Origin: Antedon mediterranea
Taxonomy: Eukaryota; Animalia; Echinodermata
DNA: 64,000 nt
NCBI RefSeq assembly: GCF_964355755.1
Contig: NC_092670.1
Span: 4,950,201 to 5,014,200, forward strand
Direction: 5' to 3'
Shown here piece by piece: positions 51,066 through 64,000 of this stretch. Made by a program: the position numbers and the translations under genes. The notes under the pieces are model-generated. The model was given only the letters and a program-made list of their open reading frames with translations. It was not told the DNA's origin and did not search any database. How positions within the stretch are numbered: position 1 is the first letter of the stretch; the number at the start of each line of letters is the position of its first letter.

Positions 51066-51198
51066 ATTGCTTGCATCCTTAGGCAAGATGCATTGCTTGC
51101 ATCCTTAGGCAAGACGCATTGCTTGCATCCTTAGGCAAGATGCATTGCTTGCATCCTTAGGCAAGACACATTGCTTGCATCCTTAGGCAAGACACATT
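51066..51198. repeat. 26-bp tandem repeat x5 (ATTGCTTGCATCCTTAGGCAAGAYRC)
   Basis: Five consecutive units, each with an internal CTTGC/GCAAG inverted pair. Confidence 0.92.
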
Positions 51199-53007
51199 AC
51201 TGCAATGTTTGGCATGGATAAGGTCAGAGTGCAGCATTAATCGAAGGTGGTTATCAGGTATTAAAAAAAAAAGTAAATGTAACAATTGGCATGGAATGCT
51301 GTGTGCGAGATGGTTGCATTGTAGTTAATGTGTTAAATGATGAAGAAATAGATAGAAAACAAAATGAATTTTGTAGAAAACAAAAAACCTAAAGTACAAG
51401 TAAATGAACTAGATAAAGTTTAATAAACAGCGAAGTATAGTAAGCAATAAAAGATCTAATTATTAGCTGTTTTTAACAAAAACTGTTCCTTTTCAAAAAC
51501 TACTGATTTGTGAAATATAGAAGGTCATTGATGCTAGAAAAGGTCATATAGCAAAATATCAAATTAATGAATTAGTTCCAACGAAGTTGATTTTGGGATT
51601 CCCTGCTGATTGCTTCGAAATCCCCGTCAATTCATCCATAATGTTGAAAGATGAAGTTACTGCTCATAAATGTCCAATATAAGTTTAATCACGAAGTACA
51701 CAGAATGAAATTGATGCAGATTTAGATGGTTAGAAAGCAGGAGAACAGTTAATATGAAGTTAATAAACCATATGTTGTCGTCCTACATTGATGATTATAG
51801 CTAAATGTATGAAAATTCAACTAAAAGGAAAATCCACTCGTGTTAAAGGTATAGCCTGTATAGCGTAGAAATAACAATGTATAATTATGGTCAAAAACCA
51901 ATTAAAATTAAGATGGTATAGTTGTGTAGACCTATAGTTAAAGTAACTCATTACATATTTTATATATTTTCTCTTTGTTAAACTTTTTCAATCTTATTTG
52001 AGATTGCAATAAATTGTCCTCGTATCTACTATGAGATATCTACAGAGATGAGTCGATGTCAGATTGAATTTACAATGATCAAAGACCCTAAAGCAAATAG
52101 GTTTAAGTATCTAACAAATTCTAACAAATAAGAAAATTTTGTAAAAAGACATTTCATGTTAATTGTATCAAATCGAAGTATAACCTTTCATTTATCAGAT
52201 TTTATATTATCATCCGGTCCTAAAGTTTGTAAAAGGACCGAGTTCTTGAACCAAATGACACAAAGGTCATGTAATAAATATTCATATGCTATAAGAGCTA
52301 GCATCTTCGATGTTCCGGCCTACTGTGCTTGTGTTGTCAAGAAAAAATGTTTCTGTTACAGAAAAGAAATAAGATGAAATCTTTCATCTTAAGGCAGGGT
52401 GTTGTTTGTCTTAGACTTAAGACAAAATTAAGCAACTATTTTGCTTAGATATATTAATAAATCTGACAATCAAGGATTTAAGGCAAAGACAATTTTTTTG
52501 CTAAGCAAGTTTGATCAATCCTGCCCCACATGTCATTGCACAATTTATAATCCCATATATGAAGAGTGTAAATTGTGTTTTTTAAAACACTTAAACAGGA
52601 TGAGCAAAACAAAAAAACCAAAAATGAATCATGCTTGTATAATAAATCATTTCAAATGGTTTACAAAGAGCAAACAAACTTTAATTGGAAAGTTAAACAT
52701 GTTTACAATGGTCTATCTTACCTTAATTACACAAGTAAATAAAGTTGTTTACATAGTCTTCATATAAAAAAAAAACTTAATTTTTTTTTTTTATTTTGTA
52801 TCTAAAGGTTATTTTCATTATGATGGATATGAATCTTTCACTGTGTAGCCATTGTACAACCAGGGATAAAATAAATGTTGATGAAATTGCAACTAGAAAA
52901 TAATCTAGAGTGCTCTTTACGGTATTTTGTAATTCTTTAGCGTTTTTGTAAATCAAGTTTTTACTCGGTAAAAACCCAATTTCCACTGGAACTTAATTAT
53001 CGCTTAA

Positions 53008-53351
53008 AGATGTATTGTCCCCCAAAATCATGAAAAATAAAGATTTTTAAAATCGGATTTTGAATAGGCTATTTTGCAGTTTTAATGAAGTTGTTCACTT
53101 CCATAAGAAAAAAAACGGGGGAAAAAAATATTTCACCTATAAAAAGACAAATTAAACAGTTAAATTACCCAAAAACTCACTGTCTTCCAGACAATTTGAC
53201 CATTTTTTGCTTTAAATTAAATTTTTCTCAGGTAAATAAATTTTTTTCAGACCCAATTTTTTGTGAGAGTGAATAACTATTATGTGACATTAAAATAACA
53301 TATTGAACAAAAAAATTTAAAAAAATATTTTTTTAGGGGGACAATATATCT
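53008..53351. mobile_element. Kolobok-like MITE
   Basis: TTAA|AGATGTATTGTCCCCC ... GGGGGACAATATATCT|TTAA. Confidence 0.8.
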
Positions 53352-53787
53352 TTAATTATCAGTTACTTTTTATCGGGTTAATTCGGTTAATTTTTTGCTG
53401 CGAAAACACTGCCTAATATGAATATTAACAATTAAATTGTATTAATATAAATATTATTCTTTTTTTTCTTTCAAAGTTTGATTGATTTGACAATTGCAAG
53501 AATGTCACAACGGATGTTGTCAAGTGTGTATAGTAATATCTCAACGAAGAAGTTAACATTATTAATGTACCTAGCTTGCAAAATTAGTAAATCATGAATA
53601 ACCATTAATGACAATGTTTAAATCCTTTACTATTATTTGAATGTAAATACAATTAGCTAAGGGAAAACCCAATGTGGAAACATCTATTAAACATTTCTGA
53701 TGCGAGTGCACAAAATGTGACTATGGCAGTATACACACTAGTGTGTACTATGTTAAACAAAGTAAAATTTCATGTATCATTATTTAA

Positions 53788-54082
53788 AGATGTATAGTCC
53801 CCTGAAAAAATAACATTTTTTTTTATGCCATTTTAATATTACATAATAGTTATCCATTTTCATCAAACATTGGATCGAAAACAAATTTATTTACCTGAAA
53901 AAACAGTAATTTAAAGCAAAAAGACAGTCAAATTGGCTGCTAGCCAATGGATTTTTGGTTGAATTTAACCATTTATTTTGTCCTTTTATAAGTGATTAAC
54001 TTTATTAAAACTTAAAAATAATCTCTTCAGAGTCAAATTTAATTAATCTTTATTTTTCATGTTTTTGGGGGACAATACATCT
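53788..54082. mobile_element. Kolobok-like MITE, opposite orientation to 53008-53351
   Basis: TTAA|AGATGTATAGTCCCC ... GGGGGACAATACATCT|TCAA. Confidence 0.75.
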
Positions 54083-54351
54083 TCAACATTAACAAAATTA
54101 TTATCAGTTATAAAATCAATTCTAAATTTAAGGCAAGTACTGTAATTCTTCATTTACGTTTTTTTACACAATTATTCTTCTTTATGTGGAATAGATGTAA
54201 GATATATATATTTATTGCCTATGTATATCTAAACAATGATGCATTAGAGTTGGCAGTCTAGCATTCATTATATTAATCTTTAATACTGGGTATTAATACT
54301 TAATAGATAGCTTGCACCATCACCCATGATGCATTTAACGAATACAAGCAG

Positions 54352-54386
<35 letters not shown>

Positions 54387-55129
54387 ACAATATTTCCCCC
54401 TGAATATTTGTTAGACAGAACATTTTTTGTATGTTTTTAGCCATTTTAAATTAAAGAACAGGATTCAAAAGAATAAAAAGGCAACTGGAAACATGGTAAT
54501 GCCGCAGGTATCAGTGGCTGGATCTCAATGGAGATCAAAATAAAATAGGCAAAAATAAAACAGCAAGAAAGAAGTCGACTCATCATTCCCCAGTGCAAGT
54601 GAGAATAACAAAAATAGACTTCCACTTTTAATCAGGTACTCAGATGCGACTACAAATATTATTATTTACTTTGATATTTCATTTCAAGTGTTGTGATTTT
54701 AAACAAAGAATAATTCTATTCTGGTCCATGTACTTTGATCTATTTAAAACCTAGTATAATAATGCTTGAAAGGTAGATCTTGATAGGTTTTAAAATAAAA
54801 TTGCTTTATTATGATTGGGTTTATTGGTGGCTTGTGTTTATCAATCTAATTAAATGTTGTTCTATTTTCAATACTGTCAATCATATTTTGACAAGACTTA
54901 AAAGTACTGTAAATCAACTGAAGAATCAATTATTTACGGGACATGATGTTTAATTTTAAGAAAGTTCAATTGGCTTATTATATTTAGTTCAAAAATTATT
55001 TTTCAAAACGTTACATTCTTAAATAGTTACTTGCCTCTAAACTTATAAATACTACATTTATATTTTATTTCTTGGTTTGTACAAGTTGTAATTTGATAGG
55101 TATATATTGATGAATGTACAGAAATTGGT

Positions 55130-55575
55130 GAACACAAATTGGTGAAGGCATAAACACACAGGTGTGTCTCATGAACATGAATACATCTTTGTGACACACA
55201 TGCTAGGGAAACACACATGTTGTCAAACACAGGCACATAGGCCTACTGGTAAACACATAAATTGGCAAATACATGTGTTGCTCAACACATATGTTGTACA
55301 ATACACAATTTGGTGAACACACATTGTACAACACACATGTTGTCCAACACACATGTTGTCAAAAACACACGTCGTCCAACACACATGTTGTAAAAACACA
55401 CAAGTTGGTGAACAAACCCATGTTGTCTAAAACACACACATGTTGGATTGTCTGACACACATGTTGTCTGACACACATGTTGTCCAACACACATGTTGTC
55501 CAGCACTTGTGTTAGCAAACAAACAAACATGTTGGTGAACATGCATGATGGCAAAACAATGTTGGTAAAACACAA
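55130..55575. repeat. Degenerate CA-rich tandem repeat (AACACACATGTTGTC core)
   Basis: Recurrent ~16-nt unit ACACACATGTTGTC(C/T/A). Confidence 0.8.
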
Positions 55576-56666
55576 TTAAGATTTATCCTTCCAATTGTAT
55601 GAACAACTTCAGCATATAAACACAACACAATTTTGCAGAAATTAATGAGTTTCCATAATGAATCAAATTACATTAGCAAACAGAATTGTTTGAGTATTGA
55701 GTGGTTTACACTCAGTAAACATGTATAATAGTTGTGGAAATGTTGTATATCCATAATGAACTAAATTACAAAGTACATGTTGCAGTCGTATTCAACATTA
55801 AAACAGTATTTGCATACATTAATGGACAATGAAGGCTATTTTTAATGACACTAATTGTATTAGTAAATACAGACTCGAGAGGCAGAATGTTATAATGAAT
55901 AATTTCTTGTAATGTGATCTGTTAGTTCTTGGATTTTGCTAATGATAAGAATTGTAAAATTTTAAAATTATATAAGTCAACAAGGATACTGGTTTTTTTT
56001 TTGGTTATTTGTATTCTAAATTTACTGCCCGTCGTTCCATTACGACCATCTTGATAAATACACTTTGTAATTATAGCATTAGTGCCTAGTGATTAGGTCA
56101 TCTACAGGCCTAAACGAATCCAACCCTTGGATCCTGCTGCTAAATGGTACACATGTAGCTGTTTATTTTTTATTATTTATTGTAAGTGCGATATTGTACC
56201 ATTGATTGATGATGTTTCAAGTTTTTCGATTTCCCTTGCCCAAGATCTTGAGAATGATTATTTAACAGTTAGTGGCTATGAGTTAACATAGCTATTAAAT
56301 ACAGAAGAACTTCTATTAGGAGGACACTTTAAATGCAACAAAGTTTCCCCAGAATAGTGTCTTCTTAGTGTTAAAACATAATTGGCTATCATTCCTTTCT
56401 TGGGAAAGTGTCCCTTTAATAGGGGTACCCTGAATAAGTGTTTTAAATTAAGAGTTCTACTGTATCAGGGACATTTTGAAACACATACTTGACTAAATTC
56501 AAACATACAGTAGCTCTGCACACTACAGGATGATGATAACTTGATTTAAGGGTCATCATTGCCGTTCAATTTGATTTGCTGGTGCCGGACCGGACCCGTG
56601 CCGGAAGAGGTACAAAAGACCCTTTTAAGTGGCCTGATAAATCTGTACAAATCTTCAATATCTCAC

Positions 56667-56837
56667 CTTTATTATCAATCTTTCCAGCCATCATTATATA
56701 CCCCTCATCCTGGCTGATTGAGGTGGGTAGTTTGTCTCTGTTAGCAACTTTGGTGGGAACATCTAGTGAGTTGCTAGATGTTATTCTGCTCTTGCTGGCT
56801 GTTAGTTCCATGTTCATATACACATCTTTCTCTTCTC
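56667..56837 (-). CDS. IRS: IRS internal exon
   Basis: EEKDVYMNMELT...DEGYIMMAGKIDNK; TAGCAG tandem acceptor (start 56837 or 56840); donor G|GTGAGA; phase 1-1. Confidence 0.8.
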
Positions 56838-57502
56838 CTGCTAATAAAACATTTTTTGTTTAATATTATTTTACAATGTTAGAAAATCAATTGAATTTTT
56901 ATTCAACTTTTATTGTCAAAAGAATTTTCAAATTGTTATTAGAGTAACAAAAAATTATGATTGAACAAATTTTATTTTTTTAAATACATTCTCCAGAGGA
57001 CATTTCTTTTGTATTAATACTGAATATCTTATAAATTTAATTATTTATATGCACAAGACATGAATTATATTATATCATATCTATTCCATTAAATCTATTA
57101 TTAGGATTATGTTGAATTATATAGAGGGCAGCAGACATACATTGGATGAAGAAGAAATGTATTTTGTAGACAACAATTTATGTTTGTAATAAGAAAAAAA
57201 TGTTTCATTCATGAACACATTTTAAAATTTTAAATAAATGTATTCCAAGTAGTAATTCGTAAGTAATATTCATCCAGAAAAAATAAACTATCATACCTAA
57301 CAATAGTTAGGTATAATAGTTTATAATGCTTCAATGTCAAGAGGTACTGGCTCACTCTACCATAGAGATATTATATAATACCTCTATGACTATTTACATT
57401 GTATAACTATATGGTACAAAATGTAAAGGAAAAACTAGAACAGTGATGTGCTACATTAGGTAAAATAAAACAAAATAAAAATAACAGTAAATAATAATCA
57501 AC

Positions 57503-57646
57503 CTGGGTTGGGCTGTGTCTCGTGCATTGGACTGTACAAGCTAGATGCCTCACTATTCGTCGACTGATGAGCGCCAGCTATTGGTGGGTCATGATAATGA
57601 AATACGCTGCTTTCTGAACTGATTGATGACAGAGGCACTGGCCTGG
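57503..57646 (-). CDS. IRS: IRS internal exon (not in ORF track)
   Basis: 144 nt, phase 1-1, RPVPLSSISSESSVFHYHDPP...SLYSPMHETQPNP; acceptor CTTTTCATTTCAAACAG; weak donor G|GTTGAT. Confidence 0.65.
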
Positions 57647-58251
57647 CTGTTTGAAATGAAAAGAAAACATACAAACTGGACCAAACAATGAAATGAAAGA
57701 AATGAAATATACGTGGATGGAAAGGTGAAAATAAAAAATGAATGTGATTAAACCCCTTTTACACTGTATAGCTAAAAACAGGTGGTATGGCAACTGAGTT
57801 AACCAAGAATATGATTCGTCAGATGTCCGCCCTACTTGGATGTAATTGTACTGTAAAAGTACATACTGAGAACATATGCAAAAAAGTAATTCTTGTGTGG
57901 GACTCGAAAGCCACAACCTTCAGTTCACTAGCCTGGCTTTCAGCAGAATTGTGCTGATGGCTAGAATTATATCAAGTCGATATTGCACCAAAAGGATAAT
58001 TGTTTAACTACTGCAAAGCAGCTTTGCATCAGGGAGCAACCAACCATCTGACCAATTATTTAGTTGAAATGCCACCCATTTCTATAGTGTTTGATGACAG
58101 TGTAAAATGGGTATGCTACAAAACCAAATATGAGGGAAGTATTAAAAGTGCATCAAAACATCAAAAAGCCATTCTTGGAAATGACATCATTTTTCTCACA
58201 ATTTGATTTAAATGTAACGTACATTGCATAATGGTTTACTCATATTATTAA

Positions 58252-58797
58252 AGATGTATTGTCCCTTGAAACACAAAAAAATGAAGGTCAAAATATTCTA
58301 AATTTAAAGTGGCCATATCAAAGTAATATTAAAGTTATTCACTTTAAGTCGAAAATTTAAGCCAAAACAACAAGTTTACGTAATTAACAGGTAAATTAGT
58401 TTGATTACATTTCATCTGGAAAATCGTCACGAGCGAAAGTAAACAAAGATTTCAAACCATGAGTACGCATTATGCATATGCTAAATTAGGATTGTTTACA
58501 ACTTGTCACGGTTAAGAAGGTATTTTCACAGAGATCATGAAGAAGTTTTATGATTATGCATACAGAGTAGCCAAACAAGTGCGTTTCATTTTGGGATATG
58601 TTTTGATTGAAAACTTTGACTGGAAGTCAAAGTAATTTTTTTAACAAAAAAACGTCTGTATTTCAGTTAAAATTTTTTTTTTTCGAAAAATGTTTGGTGA
58701 TAGTTAATAACTATTATGATACTTCAAAATGAACCACCTTTTTTTGAAATCTTTTATTTTTTATTTTTTTGGAATTAGTCAAAGGGACAATACATCT
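58252..58797. mobile_element. Longer Kolobok-like MITE with the same TIR
   Basis: TTAA|AGATGTATTGTCCCTT ... AAGGGACAATACATCT|TTAA; different internal sequence. Confidence 0.8.
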
Positions 58798-59940
58798 TTA
58801 AGGTTGTGTATGTTAAATATAGATCAGTGGGGTAACAGCTATGATCGCTCACTGGCTATAACTGAGAGGCTCGAAGCTTAAGGGTCCCGCCAGGACACGG
58901 AGGAGAAATAAGGTTATAAAATCAATCAAAAAAGTCCCTAACCAGGGGCCTCAGGCCTCTGCATTACACCACTGATACAGATTCCAGTGTTTTTGTAATG
59001 TAAAACTTAGTTTCCATTTTTTCTGAATAGACGGCTTGATACACGAATTACTAACAAGTAAATATCAATCATATGATCTCTCAGTAAGGTGAATGAACTT
59101 TGATAATGTACACAATTGCTGAACATGTTCATGTGATCTTATGGGAAATTATTATACACTGTATTTTGGTTGAAAACCCTGCATCACAATTAGCGGATCG
59201 AGAAATCTATACATGCAACAGAATAACTAAAACAGTGAATGTTATAATCTAAACTTCTATAAGTAGAATACACTGCTGCACTATTATTATTATTAAATAC
59301 ATTTTAAACCAAATATCTCAAGATTTTGATAAATGCTTGTAATTCTCAAGCAATCAGCCGTTGCTTACACTATTGATTTTAAAATTTTTGTCTGCATTGG
59401 CTAAATCTACCAAAACTGTAATAGCACCCTCTCTTGGAAAAGGAATACTATGAACAAGTCAGAGGGCAGCATTTAAGATACTGTAGCCATTTGAACTTTT
59501 TTAAAAAATACAAATAGATTTATTTGAATACAAATAGAGTATATTTGTTATACACGTCTGTACAGTGATATGACAGTCAGTTTTAGAAAAAATATAACAG
59601 ATTTAAACCTTTCCAGTACAGTCCCTGCCATGCCAACATTCGCAAGAGCAAAATTGGTTACATTCATGTATTTAAAAATCTTTTTTATGGGCGACTATGT
59701 TTTTTGATTGTTCAGTATGTGTGTCTATGATCTAATAGCTATAAAAAAAACTATACTTTCTTAAAATTATTGGTAGGAACTGCTCTATAAATTGGTAGGG
59801 CTTTTTTGATATGTTGAGTGCACCGGACAAGAATGAAGAACGTGAATGTGTTGAAGTTATATCCTAAGTTGAAATGGCCAGCTGCTCAGAATTTAGGATG
59901 AAATTTGACAATCTAATATCTAAATCCCGCCAATAAATAC

Positions 59941-60041
59941 CTTTAGATGAAGCTGATGGTGACATATTTATATATTCATCACTCTCAAAGCTTTCTTCCC
60001 TGATTGGTGTTGGCGTAGGTGATTCAGGTGTACGGCCGTAC
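59941..60041 (-). CDS. IRS: IRS internal exon (not in ORF track)
   Basis: 101 nt, phase 2-1, YGRTPESPTPTPIREESFESDEYINMSP, resembling the IRS1/2 TP(D/E)S...TPP.R...YxxM segment; acceptor TTCCTTGTTCTAG, donor G|GTATTT. Confidence 0.8.
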
Positions 60042-60461
60042 CTAGAACAAGGAAATAGACAGGGAACACGTTACTCTGACAGGCTTAGGCTTAATGCCAT
60101 TTAGATTCCTTCAAATTTGTCAGGTCTCTATAAGGTTCAATTGGCATAACAGGTCAATAGAAATAAATTTATCTTGAAATACATTACAAATAATAATAAA
60201 ACTGTTACAAATAATCATTTAATCATTATCAGTTTTACAAAAAGAACTCAGTGTAATAATAAAAACATAATATAGAAAAGGATGAGACAAAGAGATCAAC
60301 ATCAATGACGATGGAATTTCTATTTCAAGTCATTAATATGCAGCAAATTAGTAATTGTCTGAACACAATGACTTTAATGCTACAGATTACCATACTTTGC
60401 GTTAGATACAAAACATAAAGTGAGTCTGAACGTAGTCTCATAGGAATCACATTAGTCTTAC

Positions 60462-60675
60462 AATTAAACCGGACAGTACTGTCCATCAAACATCTTCTTC
60501 TTAGAATTAAACAGGACAGTACTGTCCATCAAACATCTTCTTCTTAGAATTAAACCGGACAGTACTGTCCATCAAACATCTTCTTCTTAGAATTAAACAG
60601 GACAGTACTGTCCATCAAACATCTTCTTCTTAGAATTAAACCGGACAGTACTGTCCATCAAACATCTTCTTCTTC
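60462..60675. repeat. 43-bp tandem repeat x5 with palindrome GGACAGTACTGTCC
   Basis: AATTAAAC(C/A)GGACAGTACTGTCCATCAAACATCTTCTTCTTAG, with C and A variants alternating. Confidence 0.93.
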
Positions 60676-60740
60676 TGATGCATTGTATAGTCATATTCAA
60701 TCTGCACCAGAAGACTCTGAGAGCATACGTAAATATTTAC

Positions 60741-60845
60741 CTGTGTAAAGAATCAAGTGGGCTTGAACTGTAGTCAGTTCCATCTGGTGAATGGCACTGG
60801 GTTGACATGTAGCGTTCTGTGTCCAAAAAACTCTGGGGACTTTCA
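60741..60845 (-). CDS. IRS: IRS internal exon (not in ORF track)
   Basis: 105 nt, phase 2-2, ESPQSFLDTERYMSTQCHSPDGTDYSSSPLDSLH (compare IRS1 DEYGSSPCD); acceptor CCTTTTCAG, donor AG|GTAAAT. Confidence 0.78.
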
Positions 60846-60898
60846 CTGAAAAGGAAACATGTAAAGCAATTTAAAAATTAATGTTAAAATTTCTGTAA

Positions 60899-61082
60899 GG
60901 GCCAATTTAGACAGACGAGCAGCAACGGTAAGTGGAAAAACAGCGTAACTTGTCCCATGTAGAATCTGTTTCTATCCTGAGCGGAGATCACACAGCACCA
61001 GTAGTGTGTAAATGGTCATGAGGAATAACATAGATTCTATATTTTTATTACAGTGTTACCGCTCGTCTGTGAAAATTGGCCT
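60899..61082. mobile_element. Harbinger/Tourist-like MITE
   Basis: GGCCAATTTAGACAGACGAGC / GCTCGTCTGTGAAAATTGGCC TIRs, TAA on both flanks. Confidence 0.7.
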
Positions 61083-61399
61083 TAACGCTCTAGTCTGTGA
61101 TCTGTCTTTAAATTTATAAGCATCTTATTAAAAGCATGGCAGTGTGACCACAGGTTTCATTCTTGTCAGAGGCATTTTATCATACACAATTTATAAGATT
61201 ACTGCTATATTTATCACTTTTTAATAGTATTTTAACATTGCCTTTTGCTATTTGATGTACTTTTCTTTGTTGTTTTATTGTCTTAATTATGCCAAGCAAA
61301 ACAAATTTCCATTTTAATGTGGACAAATAAAATGTCTTGAATCTTGTTTGATATGACTTCAACAGCAGTCTTCTTTAACTTCTGTAATCAATTTCTTAC

Positions 61400-61534
61400 C
61401 TGAGTGGACTATTTGGTATCGGTGGAGAATCTGAATTAGCCTTAATCACCGACTTTGGAAACATATTTGGTGGCCGAAATACATTAGAATTTGAACGTGT
61501 TGCTGGGCTATACTTCTGTCTACTCCTTGAAGGA
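61400..61534 (-). CDS. IRS: IRS internal exon (not in ORF track); PH/PTB exons presumably beyond the window
   Basis: 135 nt, phase 2-2, PSRSRQKYSPATRSNSNVFRPPNMFPK...DSPPIPNSPL; acceptor GTTTGTTATAG, donor AG|GTAAGA. Confidence 0.72.
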
Positions 61535-64000
61535 CTATAACAAACAAAAATATATTAAACAGAATCTGACATATTACAGCACTGCCACAAGCGGTTTATG
61601 ACATTTAGTTTAAACCAAATAAAGAAATATTTACTGCTTGGCTTCTGTCCGATTTTTTCAAACTGTACCATTTAACTACAGACAATTGACAACAAATCCC
61701 ATATATACGCAAGCACAACATTTGAGTATTACTTGGTTTTTTTAACTTCATGTTTAATAATTCATATACTGTATAAAAAAATAAATTTTTCTATCATAAA
61801 AAAGACCTAGGGAAATATCTATTAAAATCAAAACCCTAATTTTCCAGGACCATGATGAGTAGAAAAACTTCTCCCGATTGATTAGAAATGTTGACGCAGC
61901 TATATCAGGTACAGTTTAATAAATTAAAACTGTAAAGTCTGATATTTTTTTCAACAGTTTTTTTTTGTATGTATATACCAATCAATTCAAGTTCTAAATT
62001 TGTACAAATAAACATGTTACAATACAAGTAAACTATAACTATTCACCATGCTTCAATGCAGACATATTTAATTCTGTCGCAACAAAAGAAAGCAAAAGAA
62101 ATATTTTTAAATAATTCTTCTGTGGTTTTGTGGCAACAGAATTAATATCTAAAAAGGTAAACATATTTTAACCACCAAAGTCAAACATTAAAAACAATTT
62201 TAAAAGAAAAAGAAATATGAAAACATAAAACAGGAAGTAATAAATCAATATAAACTATCATAAAAAAATGAACAAAAATATCACTTTATGAAAAGAAAAT
62301 GTTAAAAACTAATGCAACTATAAAATTAATGTTTTATAAATGTGTCTGAGAATGATGCATGCATTTTTTAGCAGAACGTAAGCTCTACATAATTTACATA
62401 TATGCATAATGAAATAAATGAAATATTTTTGTACTTGTAAGGAAAGTATCTCATTAACATAGCATAAAATAAATAGGTTTTAACATTGAAATTGCATTAT
62501 GATATATAGTAGGTAAAGAACGCAAGGACATTAGGAAACATAAACGCAAAGTGCCGACAGAAAATAACCATTACAAATAGAAACATAACATAAAGAGCAT
62601 AACGATAGTGCCTTGATGCAAGCAGAGCACAATTCATCTGTTGAGTTGCTTGTGGCAGACATTACTACAGTACATTGATATTTAACTTTTCTCCAAGAAA
62701 GCTTGGAAAAAGAAACCATAAAATGTCTAAGATTGCTCATGTATAATTTAGTTTTGGCGATGAGGACTGACTCTCATCTAAAAAATGATGAGTTATCTGT
62801 ATATCAAAAATACTTAATTTATACATTACATAATAATAATAAGGGAAATCAATAATTTTTATAGTGGGACTACATCAGAATATGGGAATATAATTAAAAA
62901 GAGACATATGACATGTTATATTAAATATTATAAACCATGATTTTAAAATAAATATTAGTACTGATTTATGTAATTGTTAATATTCAACATAACCCAGATT
63001 AGAATATAAACACAACTCAATGCTACTTTAATTTAAAAATGATTAAATACAAAATAATATCAAGGCTTAATTATTAGTATAATTGTTATATGATAAATAT
63101 TCAGTTAATATATTTTCTTTATTATCTATTTTTATCTAAATAAAAATGTTAATTTTATGAACAAAACCCAGATAAAACAGAATTGAATTGTTAATTTGAC
63201 AAATGATGATAATAATTACATACATATATAGAGTGTAAATGTGGATCAGATCATTTCTAAGCCTTTTATACCACCTATGACAACAAGTACAAAGATACAT
63301 TTGAATTTCAAAAAAAGGATTTTTCTTACCATTTAATATAATAATAAAACTATATAATTTCATGTGCGATAACCACTGTCTTAGAAGGGAGTTCAGAAAA
63401 AATGTTTTATTTTCCGTTTACGCCTATTTCAGTTTATCCAGGTAATTGATGTCGTTTCTGGTTTATAATTGTAGGCCAAGATGTTCCATTCTGAATGATA
63501 TTTTGTGTGTTGCATGTGTAATATGAATGATCATATTATTAATGGTGGTAACAGCTTATTTTGACTCAAATTCAAATCTAACCATTAACATCATAAACAA
63601 CAGGTCAAGGTGTATTAATATCGTTGATTTAAGTCCAACCGAATTCTCTGTCTTAGCCTATGTAAAATAAAGTGCTGAACTTCAAGAAATCTTTTGAATT
63701 GTTCATTTTAGGGGAAAGAACAAGTTTTGTACCAAATATTTGTTTTTAACATTTTATATAAAAAGGAGAAGCTAAAACCCCCATTCACACGGCACCAACT
63801 AACCTTCTCTCAACCTTAACAATGTTAATTTGTAACCTATCAGAAGTATGAAAATGGATCATGCAGTATAATATTAATAGATATGATACATAATCTAAAA
63901 GCATAACTATAAATAATCTATTTAGGTGTACAAAATAGGTGAAAGCACTATTGACAGATGGTGTTAAACATGTACAGTATACTATAATACTTTAGAAAGA

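Noticed and set aside
60462-60675. CRISPR-like palindromic repeats (also 51066-51198)
   Set aside because: No unique spacers, eukaryotic intron context, no cas genes.
62531-62740. 69-aa ORF as a further IRS exon
   Set aside because: No convincing splice sites or IRS motifs.

Overview
AT-rich, intron-containing animal genomic DNA, probably from an invertebrate deuterostome (inference only). From left to right: (1) a 4-exon, + strand gene the ORF track splits, encoding a 95-aa secreted precursor with signal peptide, a C-x5-C motif, a KR site and a predicted 28-aa amidated peptide I cannot assign to a family; (2) a 30-bp minisatellite; (3) an intact selenocysteine tRNA gene (- strand, 19340-19426) with an upstream TATA box; (4) a ~23-kb tandem cluster of five C2H2 zinc-finger paralogs with intronless CDS (- strand), whose 84-bp finger units are nearly identical except at DNA-contacting codons. 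The cluster is interrupted by insertions provable from empty paralogous sites: a 3.4-kb long-TIR element (Academ-like), a Harbinger-type element with a decayed MADF gene, an RTE-like LINE, a short L2-like tail and a Helentron-type HINE; (5) the 3' part of an insulin receptor substrate (IRS/chico-like) gene (- strand, six exons reconstructed in phase), with a MITE inserted exactly at its stop codon. All calls come from reading the sequence; no database searches were run.
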